This document shows positions 10,395 to 24,238 of a stretch of 64,000 nt of DNA, piece by piece. Numbering within the stretch: position 1 is the first letter of the stretch; every line of letters begins with the position of its first letter. The notes under the pieces were generated by a model. It searched no databases. It saw only the letters and a list, made by a program, of their open reading frames with translations, and was not told the DNA's origin. The position numbers and the translations under genes were made by a program. This DNA is from Adineta vaga (taxonomy: Eukaryota > Animalia > Rotifera), in the NCBI GenBank assembly GCA_021613535.1, contig CP075496.1:12462001-12526000 (forward strand), given 5' to 3'.

Positions 10395-12767
10395 TTATTC
10401 TTCTCGACGCCACATGGTAAAACATATGGTAGCTAAAAGTGCAGACATTGCTGTGATAATGTTCAATCTAATAAGTAGAAAAACAAATGATTATAATAAA
10501 AACAGGAATAAACATTGATTTCTAATCTTACATTTTATGAAAACTTTCCGCTGTATCATACAAATCATCACCATAACCACCATACTGTGATGCGTATTCG
10601 TCAGGTATTGGACCACCACAACACATTGGTGTGCCTTGTTCATCTAGAAAGTATAGGATATTTTTTTACAGAAAAGAATAAGATTCAGATGAAAACTTTT
10701 TACCTTCACAACAAGTATCAGCTTCACTTGTTTTACATTCGATTTCAATTGGACAAGTAACTAATTCACCGGATATATTACAAACACCAAAACCTTCACT
10801 ATTCAATGTTCGATTGACTAATGTCGCATTAAGATCTTCTTGGATACAATAAAAAACAGTTGGCGACTTGCCATCTACTTCTGCTGGCGGATTGTCAACA
10901 ACAGGAGGATATCCATAATAGTCTAAATATAGTGAAGACGACATTGCATGCAAAAATCAATTAATGAATGTCTATTTACTGTCTGGATATTGATTTCCAT
11001 GATGACCACTCATACGACTTCCAGCATAATAACCTGCACCAGCACCCATACCAGCATACATGCCTTTACTATATTTTCGTCGTTGATAATATCTTTTACC
11101 AAAACGTACTGCAACGGGTAAAAATTTTTTTCCTGCACGAACCTTAATCCATAGAGAAATATGTATACGGATGATACTTATGTCGTGAAAAAAGTAATTA
11201 AATTGTATTTACCCAAGAACTACTGCCACTACCACCAGAACCTCCCATACCAAATCCACCTCCACTCATTCCAGAGCCATATCGATTACCTCCCGATCTG
11301 AAAGAACTGATACCACCACCACCACCACCACTACCACTTCCACTTGTGATTTTTCCTGAACGAAAAATGCTTTTTTTACCAAAAAAAACTGAGGAATCGA
11401 AACACTATTTACTTACGAATCTTATCACTGAGACCAGGTTTACTTCCTCCAGTGCCTGATAATCCACCAGAAGAAGATGGAACTCCTAGAACACCAAGAA
11501 AATAATTCTAGTTTTCATATTGATAAACAATAGGTAGTTTCCCCATAGACTTTATGATGCAGATATTATTTATTTCCACTTGTTGTGTAACAAAGAAATC
11601 CATTTATCATAGATATTTTATTTTAGATTATACCAACCTGAACTTGATGAAGTTGGTTTTCTTATTATCGATCTAACAGCTTGACGAATTCGATGTCCAC
11701 CATCACCCGATGATGATGATGATGATCCTAAAAGAGTAGCATTTGAACAAAATAATTCTCCGTAGATCGAGTAATCACTATACTAACGTGAAAAAATTCG
11801 ATTACGACTTCCAGTTGATGATGATGATGAAGAGGAGGATGAACCACTACCTTAAATGAACAAATAATTAAAAAATAACAATACAATGATGTATTTACTT
11901 CTACCAAACCATCGACTACCGCTACTGCTCGATGAGGAACCGCTATCTGAAATTCTGATCTAGTCAATTATCATAATATAGAATAGACTTTACTTCGACT
12001 AAAGAATCGACTACCACTACTGCTGCTACCACCAGAGGAGGAACCACTACCTAACATTATGATGTATTAAACGATAAAAATAGAAAATTTTATTTACTTC
12101 GACTAAAAATACGACTACCAGAGCCAGATGATGAACTACTACCTGAAATGAAATAAAACAAATCGAAGAACAAAAATAGAAAAGAGAGATATGATGATGA
12201 TGATGAATAAATACCACCGAATATTCGTGATGATCCACCAGATGAAGATGATGATGATCGACTACCTAAATAATCATCAATATAAAACTTTCGATAAATA
12301 AAATCAAAGTTATTTACCACCAAAAAAACGTGAACCACTACTGCCACTTGATCGACTACCACTACTGCTACTTGATCCACTACTGCTTGACGAGCGGCTT
12401 CCGCTAGAAAAACGACTTCGACGAAATCGTTTTAAAATTTGATTTGCATCATCATCTAAAATTACAACATATGTATTAATTTCAAAACAGCCATTTCCTT
12501 TACAACTATTTTACCTGAACTGATACGATTTAAATCAAAATCTGGTATTTTATCCAAATCATCATTATTCATTTGATCACGTGATGAATAAATCGCATCA
12601 CATAGAGCACGTACTCGTCGTGACTTTATTTCTTCATTGACTTGATTATGATCATTGTTATCAATGTCATTCAATACTTCACATAATGGTACATATTGTG
12701 TAGTTATTATTAAACCAAAATTTAAAATACATGAAATAATTAAGATAATCTCAGTTTGTCGAGCCAT
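10395..12767 (-). CDS. Secreted/membrane-anchored Ser/Gly-rich repeat protein with Cys-rich module and hydrophobic C-terminus, 14 exons
   Basis: Exons splice in frame through GT-AG introns: signal peptide, KRFRR site, repeated S/G units ending SRFFGG/SRIFGG/SRIFSR/SRFFSR/SRWFGR/NRIFSR, KGMYAGMGAGAGYYAG segment, 8-Cys domain, C-terminal IITAMSALLATICFTMWRREE. Confidence 0.8.
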
Positions 12768-13211
12768 GTTTGTTTATTCTCGTTTTCTATTACATGCACT
12801 CAAAGAAAACATGAATAATTCTTCGAACAACTCCTTGACGATATAGGGTCTATATTACTAATATATAACAATTTTCTTCTTAGGTTATTCTATAATCAGA
12901 AAAAAAACAAGGGGAAAAAGCAATCGCAATAACTATAGACGAAGATAGATTAACAGAACAACTGGTATCGCATGATTTGTTATATGTGTATATAATAGAT
13001 GAGAAAAGAATTCGTCGTTCTCTCCATCGACAATAGAAAGAATAATTGACCAGTAAGAAAAAAATGTCATATTACAGTTGACTCAGGTGACCGATATAAA
13101 TTATTCCCTTTTTCATACATATAAATATATCATTTTTTTTCGTACTAAAAAAAACAACAAACTGAAAAGTCTCTAGAACAAATAATCTACATAAAAACAA
13201 AGAAGTTATTA

Positions 13212-14295
13212 TCAAGATATTGTTGAAAGCTGTTCATAGGATGAAAGTGCACTACAAAACGATGGCAAATCATCATCAGTTAGATCTTGTTGCTTCGAAT
13301 AGATATTAATTGACGATGACAGTTGAATAAGTTTATTCAATTGTTCCATGCGTTCTTCGATAGAAAACATAAGACGATTAAGAAAAGAACGAGATGACGA
13401 GATCTGAGCGACTTTTAATAATAATGAAAGACATTCAATAGTAGCTAGTAACGTTGAATATCTAAATGAATAAATAAATATATATATGAAGATTAAAATG
13501 AGTTCATTTTCTTACTTTGCTTCGAGTAATTCAGCATTAAATGGAATTGTCGTACTCACGCGTTTAGTATCATCAATTTTTAATTTCAATTTATTTAATT
13601 GATATGTAAATTCACCGAAGAAATAACCATGATCATTAAATTGTGTTATGATATGATTCATTTTACTTAAATCAAACAAACGTGTATGAAGTATACTTGA
13701 ATCATTAACTAAATCTCGATCATTATATAATCTATGGTGAAATCAAATGAAATCAATAAAGAAAAACAAAAGATCTTATCAAAATTTCTACCTATTAGCC
13801 TGTTCTGATTCATCACTTTCATCGATATTTTCTTCACTTGAATCTTCTACAATTGCATCTAATGGTGTTGGTTTTGCCGTCGATGAAGATTTTTGATTGA
13901 GAATTTTCCAATGAATACTATTAACTAATTGTTGTATATGATCATTTTGTTGATAGAAATAATCATCATGTTCAGTTTTGATATTCAAATCATTAAGTAT
14001 TGTATTTGATGATTGTAAACCGAATTCAGATAAAATTTTTGCATTGCTTTCAACTGGTATTAATCGTTTATTATCTGTGAGACCATTTGAAAACGTACTA
14101 CTGATATACAGAATATTTTTTCAGCTTGAATATATATTGACTTTATCAGAGAAACGAAAAGCAAACGTATCGATATAGAATAACTCACTTTGTTTGATGC
14201 TTTAGCTGTTTTTTAGATTTTTTCTTCTTGTATTTTATAGCAGCAAAACAACTTCGCCAGGACCAACAATGTCGAGTAGGATTCAATTCAGTCAT
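13212..14295 (-). CDS. Uncharacterised protein, 4 coding exons
   Basis: ATG at 14295 (MTELNPTRHCWSWRSCFAAIKYKKKKSKK). Introns at about 14190-14101, 13791-13733 and 13516-13462 join an open frame to TGA at 13212. No recognisable domain. Confidence 0.6.
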
Positions 14296-15754
14296 TGTTA
14301 ATTGGAAAAAATATCTGTATTGATTATGTCGAGTTGCAAATAATCACCGTTCCGTTCTGTCAACTAGGAAGTGTAACTCGTTTTCTACTGTTATTTCTAC
14401 TATCGTTATTCTTATTTTAGAGAGAAAAAGAGAGAAAATGAATAGGGAGTAGAGAAAAAAAATAAACGAAAGAAAAGAGAGAAATATTAACAAACAACAA
14501 CGGGACGATGACAACACGATCCAATCTATGCAGCGAACGACAATGATTACAGTAATAGAATAGAATATACAGGGCGTCACCCTCATCATTCATCTCTTGT
14601 TCGTATTCACATTTATTCCTCGATTTGAAATTTAAATGTCAAAAGAAGAAAAAAAACATAACCTATATCAATCGATTTCGAGGTAGACGACGATCATTTT
14701 TTTTTGTATGTATGTTTTACACATTAGACTTTCATTTAAATCGATTCATAATCGGTAGTGTCATTCAACGAATATAGAACAAAATACATGATTTCATTCT
14801 ATAATATTGCTTTTATTTTGTTCATTTAATAATTGAATATTAGTCAGTTGTAGACAAGAAAGTTTCCGCTTGTTTTCTTTCATGGCCTCAATCTTTTCGT
14901 TCAAAATTTTCTTCTCAAAATAACTCATTCCTATTGATAAATTACTATTCATTTTCATAAATTTACATTGTACAATATATATCGTGATCTCCTTTCTCTT
15001 TTATTATATATATTTGAATAGCATTAATTAAGTCTGTTCCACACAAACGATAGTTATTTTAGTCAAACAAACTTAATTTGTTGTTACTTGAAATAGATAC
15101 AAAGACTGAATTCTCTCATATTGATGTTGTTCCGAGAAACATAGTTAGCTGAAAAACTCAGTCAATGAAGTGGAAGTATAGAAATAACGATGTCTAATCA
15201 GAAGATAAGAATAGAAACAATTCCAAGTATTTATTCAATTGTGTTTTGTTCTTCAAATAAGCAAATTGAATAAGATGTTACTTTTAATCTCTTTCACTTT
15301 CATTGTTCTAGACATTATAATTTTCTTACTTTGTATCTCCCATTTATCAATCAATTTAACTCGACATATTCATTGACATTCTTCTCTCTTCATTGATTTC
15401 AGTAATAATAGCTATCGCCTTTACATCTTCGATGTCGTTATATTAACACAAATACAATCAGATAAACATCAAAGAACATATAAATTATAGACGAACAACA
15501 GATCAAATTGCTCGAGAAAATCCTTCAATCTATAGATTTATTAAAAAGGATTTATCAACATGCACATACTTGCATCATCATAATCAACTCAACGAACTCT
15601 CAACGAACAGACATCAAACAGGAAAAGATTTTCTACGTGTCTCTCTGTTTCCTATTTTAAAAAAAAGCAGATCTATTCAATGTCACATATATTTAATTAG
15701 ATGTTCGAACGAGTTTATTTTACGAAGAAACGCTAGTTGTATTGAATGCGTTCT

Positions 15755-16715
15755 TTACAGTTTCGCTTGATCTTTGAATAATGTTGATAGCTTTTGTGCT
15801 AGCATCACATTGCCTTTAGCTTTTACTTTACCTTTCGCAAATAACTAGAAAAGAAAAGAAAAGAAAAAGAAAAAGAAAGCAATAAGAGATCAGGGACAAG
15901 AAATATGAATACACATACTGCAGGTGCATTTGCTTTGCCTGAAGCTAAGTCAACGAAGTCATCATCATCAACTATAATTGTCACTCCTGCTTTTGCATTC
16001 TCTCGAGGTGAACCTTCATAGATTGTACCTTTTTTGCCATCGATTGCTAGAGATAACAAGCAAAAAATTGACGTGTGAAACTACTTTTCTCCACAAGTTC
16101 TAGTTAGTTTTGAGCACGTTCATTTGTATCGAGAAAAGGCGTTCTTGTTTTTGCACTTCGGAAGCTTTTCTAGAATTTTTTTATTAGAAATAATTCATTC
16201 CATACAATTTCCTTTTTTGTCATCTGCGGAAACTCTTAATGAGAAACTATTCGTATATTTCAATAATTAAACAGTACTGAAAATATGTCGATTTGAGTGA
16301 CCAAATGTGCATAGACCATGAAGAATTGGACGTGAAAATCCTATACAAATCAATTCATGATAGGATCAATGAACCGTTGTCTTTCATACCAGCTGTTGAT
16401 GCAAATGATGGATCTATATGTAATGGATTTTCATCGCCAGTTAAACGATAAAGTGCTGCTTGATCAATCGTTGTTTTATCACTGACTTTCTTTCCACCAA
16501 AACCGCCTGAACCAACAGAAAATATTGCAAATTGATTGAGAGCAATCAATGTTTCTTTTTCATCAAACATTTCAACTAGAAAGAAGAGAAAAGAATAAAT
16601 CGGAAATAAATCAGCATAATTTGAGTCCCCATACCATCATAGATAGCAACAGCACCGGATCCTTCGCCAAGGACATCGATGACTTTGCCTAATGATTGAA
16701 ATAATTTATCACATT
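15755..16715 (-). pseudogene. Truncated, deleted tandem copy of the 3' half of HSD17B4 (hydratase and SCP2 parts)
   Basis: Near-identical to 19236-19570 and 20205-20608 including introns. Has internal deletions, an in-frame TAA near 16105 and no dehydrogenase exons. Confidence 0.88.
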
Positions 16716-18067
16716 ATATTTAAGCGATAAAACTTTGTTTGTTTTTCTGAAAAATATTGTGTGACACACAAAAAGTTATAAAAATAGTTTTACATACAGT
16801 TGTGTCAGTAAACTACCTTGTAGAATAAATGAGGAGTGTGCAATATAGTGAGTATTTCTTTTTAGTATATAGCTCAATAGAAAATATCCAACGTTGGTTT
16901 ATACAGATGTGGCAGAGTTTTCGATGGAGGATGATTAATAAAAGAATACAGATATAATTCTTTGTTTAATCTACAATTTATAGAAATCAAATAGTTCTTC
17001 AAACTTTTTAATTAAATCACAGAAATAAATGCTGTTATAAAAATACTATATTCCATCTCTTTCTGAAACGAAGATATGTTAGAAATGCCTGATACACCTG
17101 GGTGTTTTCTCCTTTAAGGTATCATTATTTTGGTTGCTTTTTGAATATGATGATGTCAACCGAACAATGATGAGGAAGAATAAATTTAGAGATTAAATAC
17201 CTGAGCTTTTAGTAGATATTTAACAAGAAAATATCTTCAGGTCTTTTAAAAAGCAGTATCATTATTTTATAAATACATCTAAAATTATGCACTCAAACGA
17301 ACTGATAAAGAGAACTAATGATAAAAAACCGAATTAGCAAATACGCATGGGCATCAATTCAGCTTTTTTCAATGATCTATCTCACAATGCACAAATGACA
17401 TTGATGACCTTGAGTTACTTAATACTAAATGAGCAATGTGTAGAAGTTGCTTAAATAAATGCCTAGTCAAGTCAAGTAACTGGCAGATAATTGAATGTAT
17501 TCACAAAAACAACACCCGATAGTTTCGGCAATAGTTCATTTTGTTATTAACCATCTATTTATCGCTCATTATGCTACAAGTAAGTTATTTGCAGTACAAG
17601 AAAAGCTCTGCCATTTTGTTCGGCTACTGTCAACGGTAATTACGTTTATTTTTTTTTATCTTGCATGTCTTTTATATCTAACCGCTCGTCAATAGAAAAC
17701 CAAGTGCTATTCATAGTCTGCTGGAGAGTTTTCTTCATCTAAACAATTCATAACCATACATAATCCTTAACTGTCTAAAGAAATATACGCACATTAGTTT
17801 GTGTACTGTTTACAGTTTATTCATCTATACTAACAGACAAATCAACCACGATTGAATGGACTTTTTATGTGCATATCATCATAATGATTTGTTTTATCAA
17901 GTAAGAAAAGATATGATTTTTCTGTAGACTATAAGATTGAAAAGGATTAATAATCGTAATCTGTCAGATCAACAGCAAATAATAGACTAATTTGTTAATT
18001 TGATTCAATATATAAAGAGTAACAGCAAGGTTAAAGCAAATATGAACATTACGGTCTCGTTTATCTG

Positions 18068-18330
18068 ATGAACAGCTCCAATATTGACGCTTCTGTTTTT
18101 CTTATACAGAACTGGTTCTCCGACCGATACTCAACTGATATGAAACTTGCAGCACGTCAGTTTTTTGCTTATAGTACAGAGACTAAATATCACTATGAGT
18201 TGATGTTTACTATCTTGACTTTGCTCTCGCTTCTGTTAAACTGGCTAAAGAGAAATTCGTTTCTAAAAACAATTTGGGTTTGCCAATAATGATGCATTTG
18301 CATTGAAGTTGCTGGAATGCACACGGTCGA
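18068..18330. mobile_element. Possible decayed hAT-transposase C-terminal remnant
   Basis: Minus-strand VCIPATS at about 18305-18325 resembles the hAT dimerisation motif (IPATS). The surrounding sequence is broken and intronless. Confidence 0.15.
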
Positions 18331-19253
18331 AAGCTAAGTGAATAAAACGTTTATTAGCGATAGATTTTTATCGGCATGAAATGAATGAAATGATGTGAGA
18401 TTTTTCGAGTTAGCTATTGTGATATCGACACGTTACGTTCTTCTGACATATTCATGTCGTGAAATAGAAATTTCAATACTATCTTTTATTAATTTGTTTT
18501 TATTACACTTACGTAGCCCGTATATACTGTTAGGCTTTTTATAATTATAAGATTAACTGCTGGGCTACTAACTCATTCTGAGTTGCAGTGACGTCGCAAT
18601 TACGACGTATTTTCACTGCAGTGGAAAACATGGGATATCATGTCAATGAGTTCGAAATTATTTTATTACCTTGTTTAAGTAATCTTTTTTACTATTCAAA
18701 TTGTAGAATTGGTTCATTCTAAAAATTTTTTTCATAGGATGGATCTAATTGAATAAACTAAACAGATGGACGAAGTGTATTAATGATTTACATAAAATGA
18801 ACACGCCCACATCCTCAAGATTTCTACAAGAGAAAAGACTAAGAATACTCTGATTATTTGAAATTATCAAGACAAATGAATTATAAAGAGACAATCAAAA
18901 TTTAAATTGCTCATTCGATCTGTTTCCATATACTTAACAGCCATAGTCAATTAACAAAATATCCAGTCAACTCCATAATTAATACTCAAACACTCTTGCA
19001 CTATTCTTTATGACGTCGATATTGTTACAAATGCAATCAAATAACGAACAGTAGATCCTACTGCTTGAGAAAATCCATTGAATCCATAGTATTTAGTTAA
19101 GCGTTAGAACATATTTATTTTGCAAAGAAAAAAACCGAATGTATCTATCACGATCACAATGTGATAATCAATACGAATAAAACAAAATCTCAAACTAAAA
19201 TCTTCAATCTTCGTCATCAGTAAAAAATACACTAATTGTATTGAATGCGTTCT

Positions 19254-22053
19254 TTACAGTTTCGCTTGATCTTTGAATAATGTTGATAGCTTTTGTGCTA
19301 GCATCACATTGCCTTTAGCTTTTACTTTACCTTTCGCAAATAACTAGAAAAGAAAAGAAAAGAAAAGAAAAGAAAAAGAAAGCAATAAGAGATCAGGGAC
19401 AAGAAATATGAATACACATACTGCAGGTGCATTTGCTTTGCCTGAAGCTAAGTCAACGAAGTCATCATCATCAACTATAATTGTCACTCCTGCTTTTGCA
19501 TTCTCTCGAGGTGAACCTTCGTAGATTGTACCTTTTTTGCCATCGATTGCTAGAGATAACAAGCAAAAAATTAACGTATGAAATTACTTGTCCTTTTTCA
19601 TGTTATTTCACTTACTCCAACTTTGTTGAACATTCCCATCTTTTGTGATGTCAAATACAATGATAGCTCCGATTTTCTTCACAAGTTCTGGTTGATTTTG
19701 TGCACGTTTATTTATCTCAAGAAAAGCTGTTCTTGTCTTCAGATTGACTGTAGATGATGACGATGATGTTGTCTTCGTGTTTTGAGAACTCTCCTAGAAA
19801 TTTGTCTTTTTTCACATTTTGTTTCATAAAATATCTGTTTCTCGTACCTGAGCAGCGCCAGGTGAATTAGTATTCAGAACAACATTGTGTAAATCAACAT
19901 ATCCTCCAGTGAGTACTGTTTGATTCGATTCAGGAACCTATTGAGAAGAAAGGATTGCTTGAAGAAAGGAACTTTGAATAACTTTAAAACGAACTTTTGA
20001 TTCGAAGAAGATTCGATTTCCTTCGCGCCACATATGTGTTTCAATTGTTTGACCAGGTTCTACAGGTTTCGTAAAACGAACCTAACAATGTATTATCATT
20101 ATCAAAAACAAAGAACATTATTTAAAAAATGTTCGAGTACTTTGATAGCTTTAAATAATGCTGGATCATCGTTTGCATATGCATGTAAGACGTGTCGAGC
20201 TGAATGACCAAATGTGCATAGACCATGAAGAATTGGACGTGAAAATCCTATACAAATCAATTCATGATAGGATCAATGAACCGTTGTCTTTCATACCAGC
20301 TGTTGATGCAAATGATGGATCTATATGTAATGGATTTTCATCGCCAGTCAAACGATAAAGTGCTGCTTGATCAATCGTTGTTTTATCACTACACACATGA
20401 TCAGCTTTTCGTTTCGGTGGTGATAATGTTGGTCGTTGATTTTCACTGACTTTCTTTCCACCAAAACCGCCTGAACCAACAGAAAATATTGCAAATTGAT
20501 TGAGAGCAATCAATGTTTCTTTTTCATCAAATATTTCAACTAGAAAGAAGAGAAAAGAATAAATCGGAAATAAATCAGCATAATTTGAGTCCCCATACCA
20601 TCATAGATAACGACAGCACCGGATCCTTTATCGAGAACGTCAACAATTTTGCCCTTCAATGTCACTGTACCCGATGTTGGTAATGGTTGAAATAATTCAA
20701 CATATTGTTCACCATGGAGAACCTATTTTTTGATGAGAACATTCTATTTTTTCGTTTCTGATTGATACTCACTCGTGACAAATCAATATCAAAACCCATT
20801 TTGCCTGAACTAACAATAATCATTGATAATGATTGAGCAGGTATCACAGCAAATGTTGGTAAAGCAGAAAAATTTTCATGACTTTCATAAAGAAAACGTA
20901 AAGCATTTGGTTGACGTAAGGAACAACCAACAGCTAGTGCATATAAAATAACTTGATTGGATGAATATGTGAATGTTTGTGTAAAAACATCATTGGAATT
21001 TGTTTGATCTTTATCATTCATTGAACTAAAACAATTGATTATATGTGTTAATTGATCCGTTTGTGTTAAATGATAAAGTGGAGTTGCAAAACTAACAATT
21101 TCTTTCCAATTATCTCGTACATCTTCAACAGTCATTGGTGCATTTGGACGACGTACCATTGCTCCCGAAGATTTTTGTAAACGAACTTTACCGATCCATC
21201 CACCAGCTACTTCAAATAATGAACCTGTATCAGTACATGATTCATGACATAGATAAAGAACGAGTGGCATAACGAAAGCTGGTTTTAAATTTTCTTCAGC
21301 ATCTGGTGGTAGAAGATCTTGCGTTAAACGAGAGAATGCTGTTGGGGCAATTGCATTGCATGTAATATTATATTTAGCTCCTTCAAATGAAAGAGTATTT
21401 GATAAACCAACTAAACCCATTTTTGCTGCACTATAATTCGCCTAAAAATAAAGTTCATGCTAGTTATATTCGTGATCTTTACGTGTAAAAACGACTTTCA
21501 CCTGTCCAAAATTTCCATACAATCCCGATGTTGATGTAGTAAAAATAACTTTTCCATAGTTTTGTTTTCGCATATATGGCCAAGCTGCATGTGTTAATAA
21601 ATAAGCTGCTCGTAAATGTATTCGATGAACGAGATCCCAATCTTGTTCTGTCATATTAACAAAACTTTTATCACGTAAAATACCAGCATTATTTACTAAA
21701 ATGTCAACGCGACCATAATTATCGATAGCAGTTTGAATAACTGCTTTAGCATCTTCAACAGAATGATAATCAGCTACAGCTTTACCACCACCAGATTTAA
21801 TTAGTTTAACAACTTCATCTGCTGGTCGAGATGATTGACTACCATCACCTGATGTACTTCCACCTAAATCATTAACTACAACACTTGCACCACGTTCTCC
21901 AAAAGCAAGTGCATATTCCTGAAAACAAACAAAAAAGAACAATTCCATCAAATTTTTGTGAATTAAACATCGATTTTGGCTATTTCTATTTACTTTGCCT
22001 AAACCATTACCTGCACCGGTAACAATAACAACACGACCATCAAAACGAAGCAT
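19254..22053 (-). CDS. HSD17B4: Peroxisomal multifunctional enzyme type 2 (D-bifunctional protein: SDR dehydrogenase, hydratase-2, SCP2)
   Basis: [39 protein letters not shown], hydratase motif [17 protein letters not shown]2 exons and C-terminal PTS1 AKL-stop. Confidence 0.95.
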
Positions 22054-22154
22054 ATCTGAAAGTAGACAAAATTGAGTTTGACTATCATCATCAACATACA
22101 AGGGTAGAAAATTTATTGCCACAACAAAAACGACATTAATAACATAAAAAACAT

Positions 22155-24142
22155 CTAAACAGTTTCTTCTTGTTCAAATGACCAATCCCATGGAATTGAT
22201 AGAGTTCCATTCTGTGCTAAATTATAATTCGTATCAATTTTTAATCGACAATCAGTTAACATATGTAAGAAAGCGTGTCGTTGATTAAGTAAGCGTTGAC
22301 AACAATTGATTATATCACTTTTCTTTATTCGTCGATTAATTGATAAATCAGTTAATTGAAATTGTCTTCGTACTTTAGTCAATAATTTAATCTCTTTTTC
22401 TACATCTGTATCGTAAGATCTTTTCATTTCTTCAGCTTTTTCTCGATTATTTACCATATAATCTAAAATATCACTCGTCGCATCATAGGCATTGATTTGA
22501 AATAATCCACTATTTGTAACTGATGGATCTGAACTGTATGGATTGATGTATAAATAAAAATTCTTCCACAAATTATTTCTGTGTGCTTCATGATCACGAT
22601 TAAGATCAAAATGATGACTCAATTGTAATAAATGATATAAATATGTATGAGCACGACATAAATATTCTGAATCAGGATCTTGTCGAATTTCAATTCCATG
22701 AAAATATTCTCGAAGATTATTTTCATAGGAAACTATTTTTTGCATATATTGATCAGATTCAATTAATTCACAGCATATAACATGATCCCAATAAACAGGT
22801 GGATCATTGGCACCTAATTCTAACGAACCATCTTGAAGTAAACAAGATTTATCACCAAATATCAGCCGTTTACCTATTTAACATAATGAACATAATCAAG
22901 AATTATTATAGGTTATAACTTGAAGAGAGAAAAAAAGGACAAAACTAAAAATACTCGAAATGGAAAAAGTTCGTTCGATTAAAAATAAAGTCACAAGAAA
23001 AGATAAAAGATAAGATAACTAATCGAGAAACGAGAATGTTTCATTAGATATGTTCTTCTTATACCAAATGATATTCAAATGATGTAAATAAGACAAAGAA
23101 ACATGAATAGCCATTCCTCTCGATTTCGCTAATAAGAATTTCATTTCATTAATCTTATCTAAATCTGTTCGTAATGTGTAGATCATAACAATATTACGTA
23201 TGAATATCGATTTATTTTAAGAAATACCTTGTAAAGATAAGAGTCGTTCATGCCATTTATCCACATATGCAAGTAATGTACTTAAACATGCACAAAATTG
23301 GGAAACAGACCATTCATTTTTATATTCAATTGATTGAAGTTTAAATCGTTCTTTAATATTATTGACTTTCTCACTGATTTCATTCATCAGTTCCTGATGT
23401 CGTTTAGCAATCGTACGTGCTGCATCGGCATTACTTGTTAACCATGTTCTAAGAAAAAAGAAAATATTCATTTAATTAAATTAAGAAAAAAGAAGAATTC
23501 TATTCTTACTCAATTGATATTTTTGGAATTTTTGAAAAATCATAGAATTTTTCAATTTCTACAACTCTGAATTGCATTTCTCGTTGTCGTACAGCTGGTT
23601 TTTGTTCTTTTGGTGTGTTAACAACAGGTAAATTCAATGCATTCAAAAGGCTATTGACACTAGTCAACAAATCTTTAGAATTAAGTGTCACTCGATGCGG
23701 AGATAATAGAACTGGTGCTGCTATAAATCAATTCAACAAAAGAAACAACCAATGTTAATAAAAAAAATATTCTAAACATGCTAACCTACGAGATGGTTTT
23801 CTTGCTGGTAATTTTGTAAAGAAAGTCACAGTTATCGATGCCGTATATTCTTTCCGTTGTAGACCAGAAAGATAAGCACTAACCAATTGTAAACTTTTTT
23901 CATTTATATCCTTAATTAAATAAACAATTGTACAATGATGACTGAAAAAGATTTTCAAATTGATTTACTTTTTCTTTTGGATGTTGTGTAAATAGATCAG
24001 GATGAACTTTGAGATAGAACTTTTTCAATGCTACTGAGATTGATTCAGGACGATCTGTTGATAAATAACAACGATGGAAGATATATGGATTTTTATATAT
24101 TATATAACGGCTTATTGAAGAGAAATTTTTGAGAAAATGCAT
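22155..24142 (-). CDS. TCAIM: T-cell activation inhibitor, mitochondrial-like (DUF4460/DUF4461), multi-exon
   Basis: Presequence-like N-terminus, then [26 protein letters not shown] (J-like HPD domain). C-terminal GTLSIPWDW is typical of the family. Confidence 0.82.
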
Positions 24143-24238
24143 CTACAATTAAATGTACGATGAACAATATATATAAATATATGTATTAGACTTGACAAAA
24201 TATAATTTAAAAAAAGAAAAAGAAAAAAGACAAATACA

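Noticed and set aside
11780-12420. Regularly spaced repeats resembling a CRISPR array or satellite
   Set aside because: The units are coding micro-exons separated by GT-AG introns in a eukaryotic gene, and there are no cas genes.
22054-22122. N-terminal extension of HSD17B4 in the ORF track
   Set aside because: It starts at GTG and lies in the spacer containing AATAAA and the acceptor. Family similarity begins at MLRFDG.
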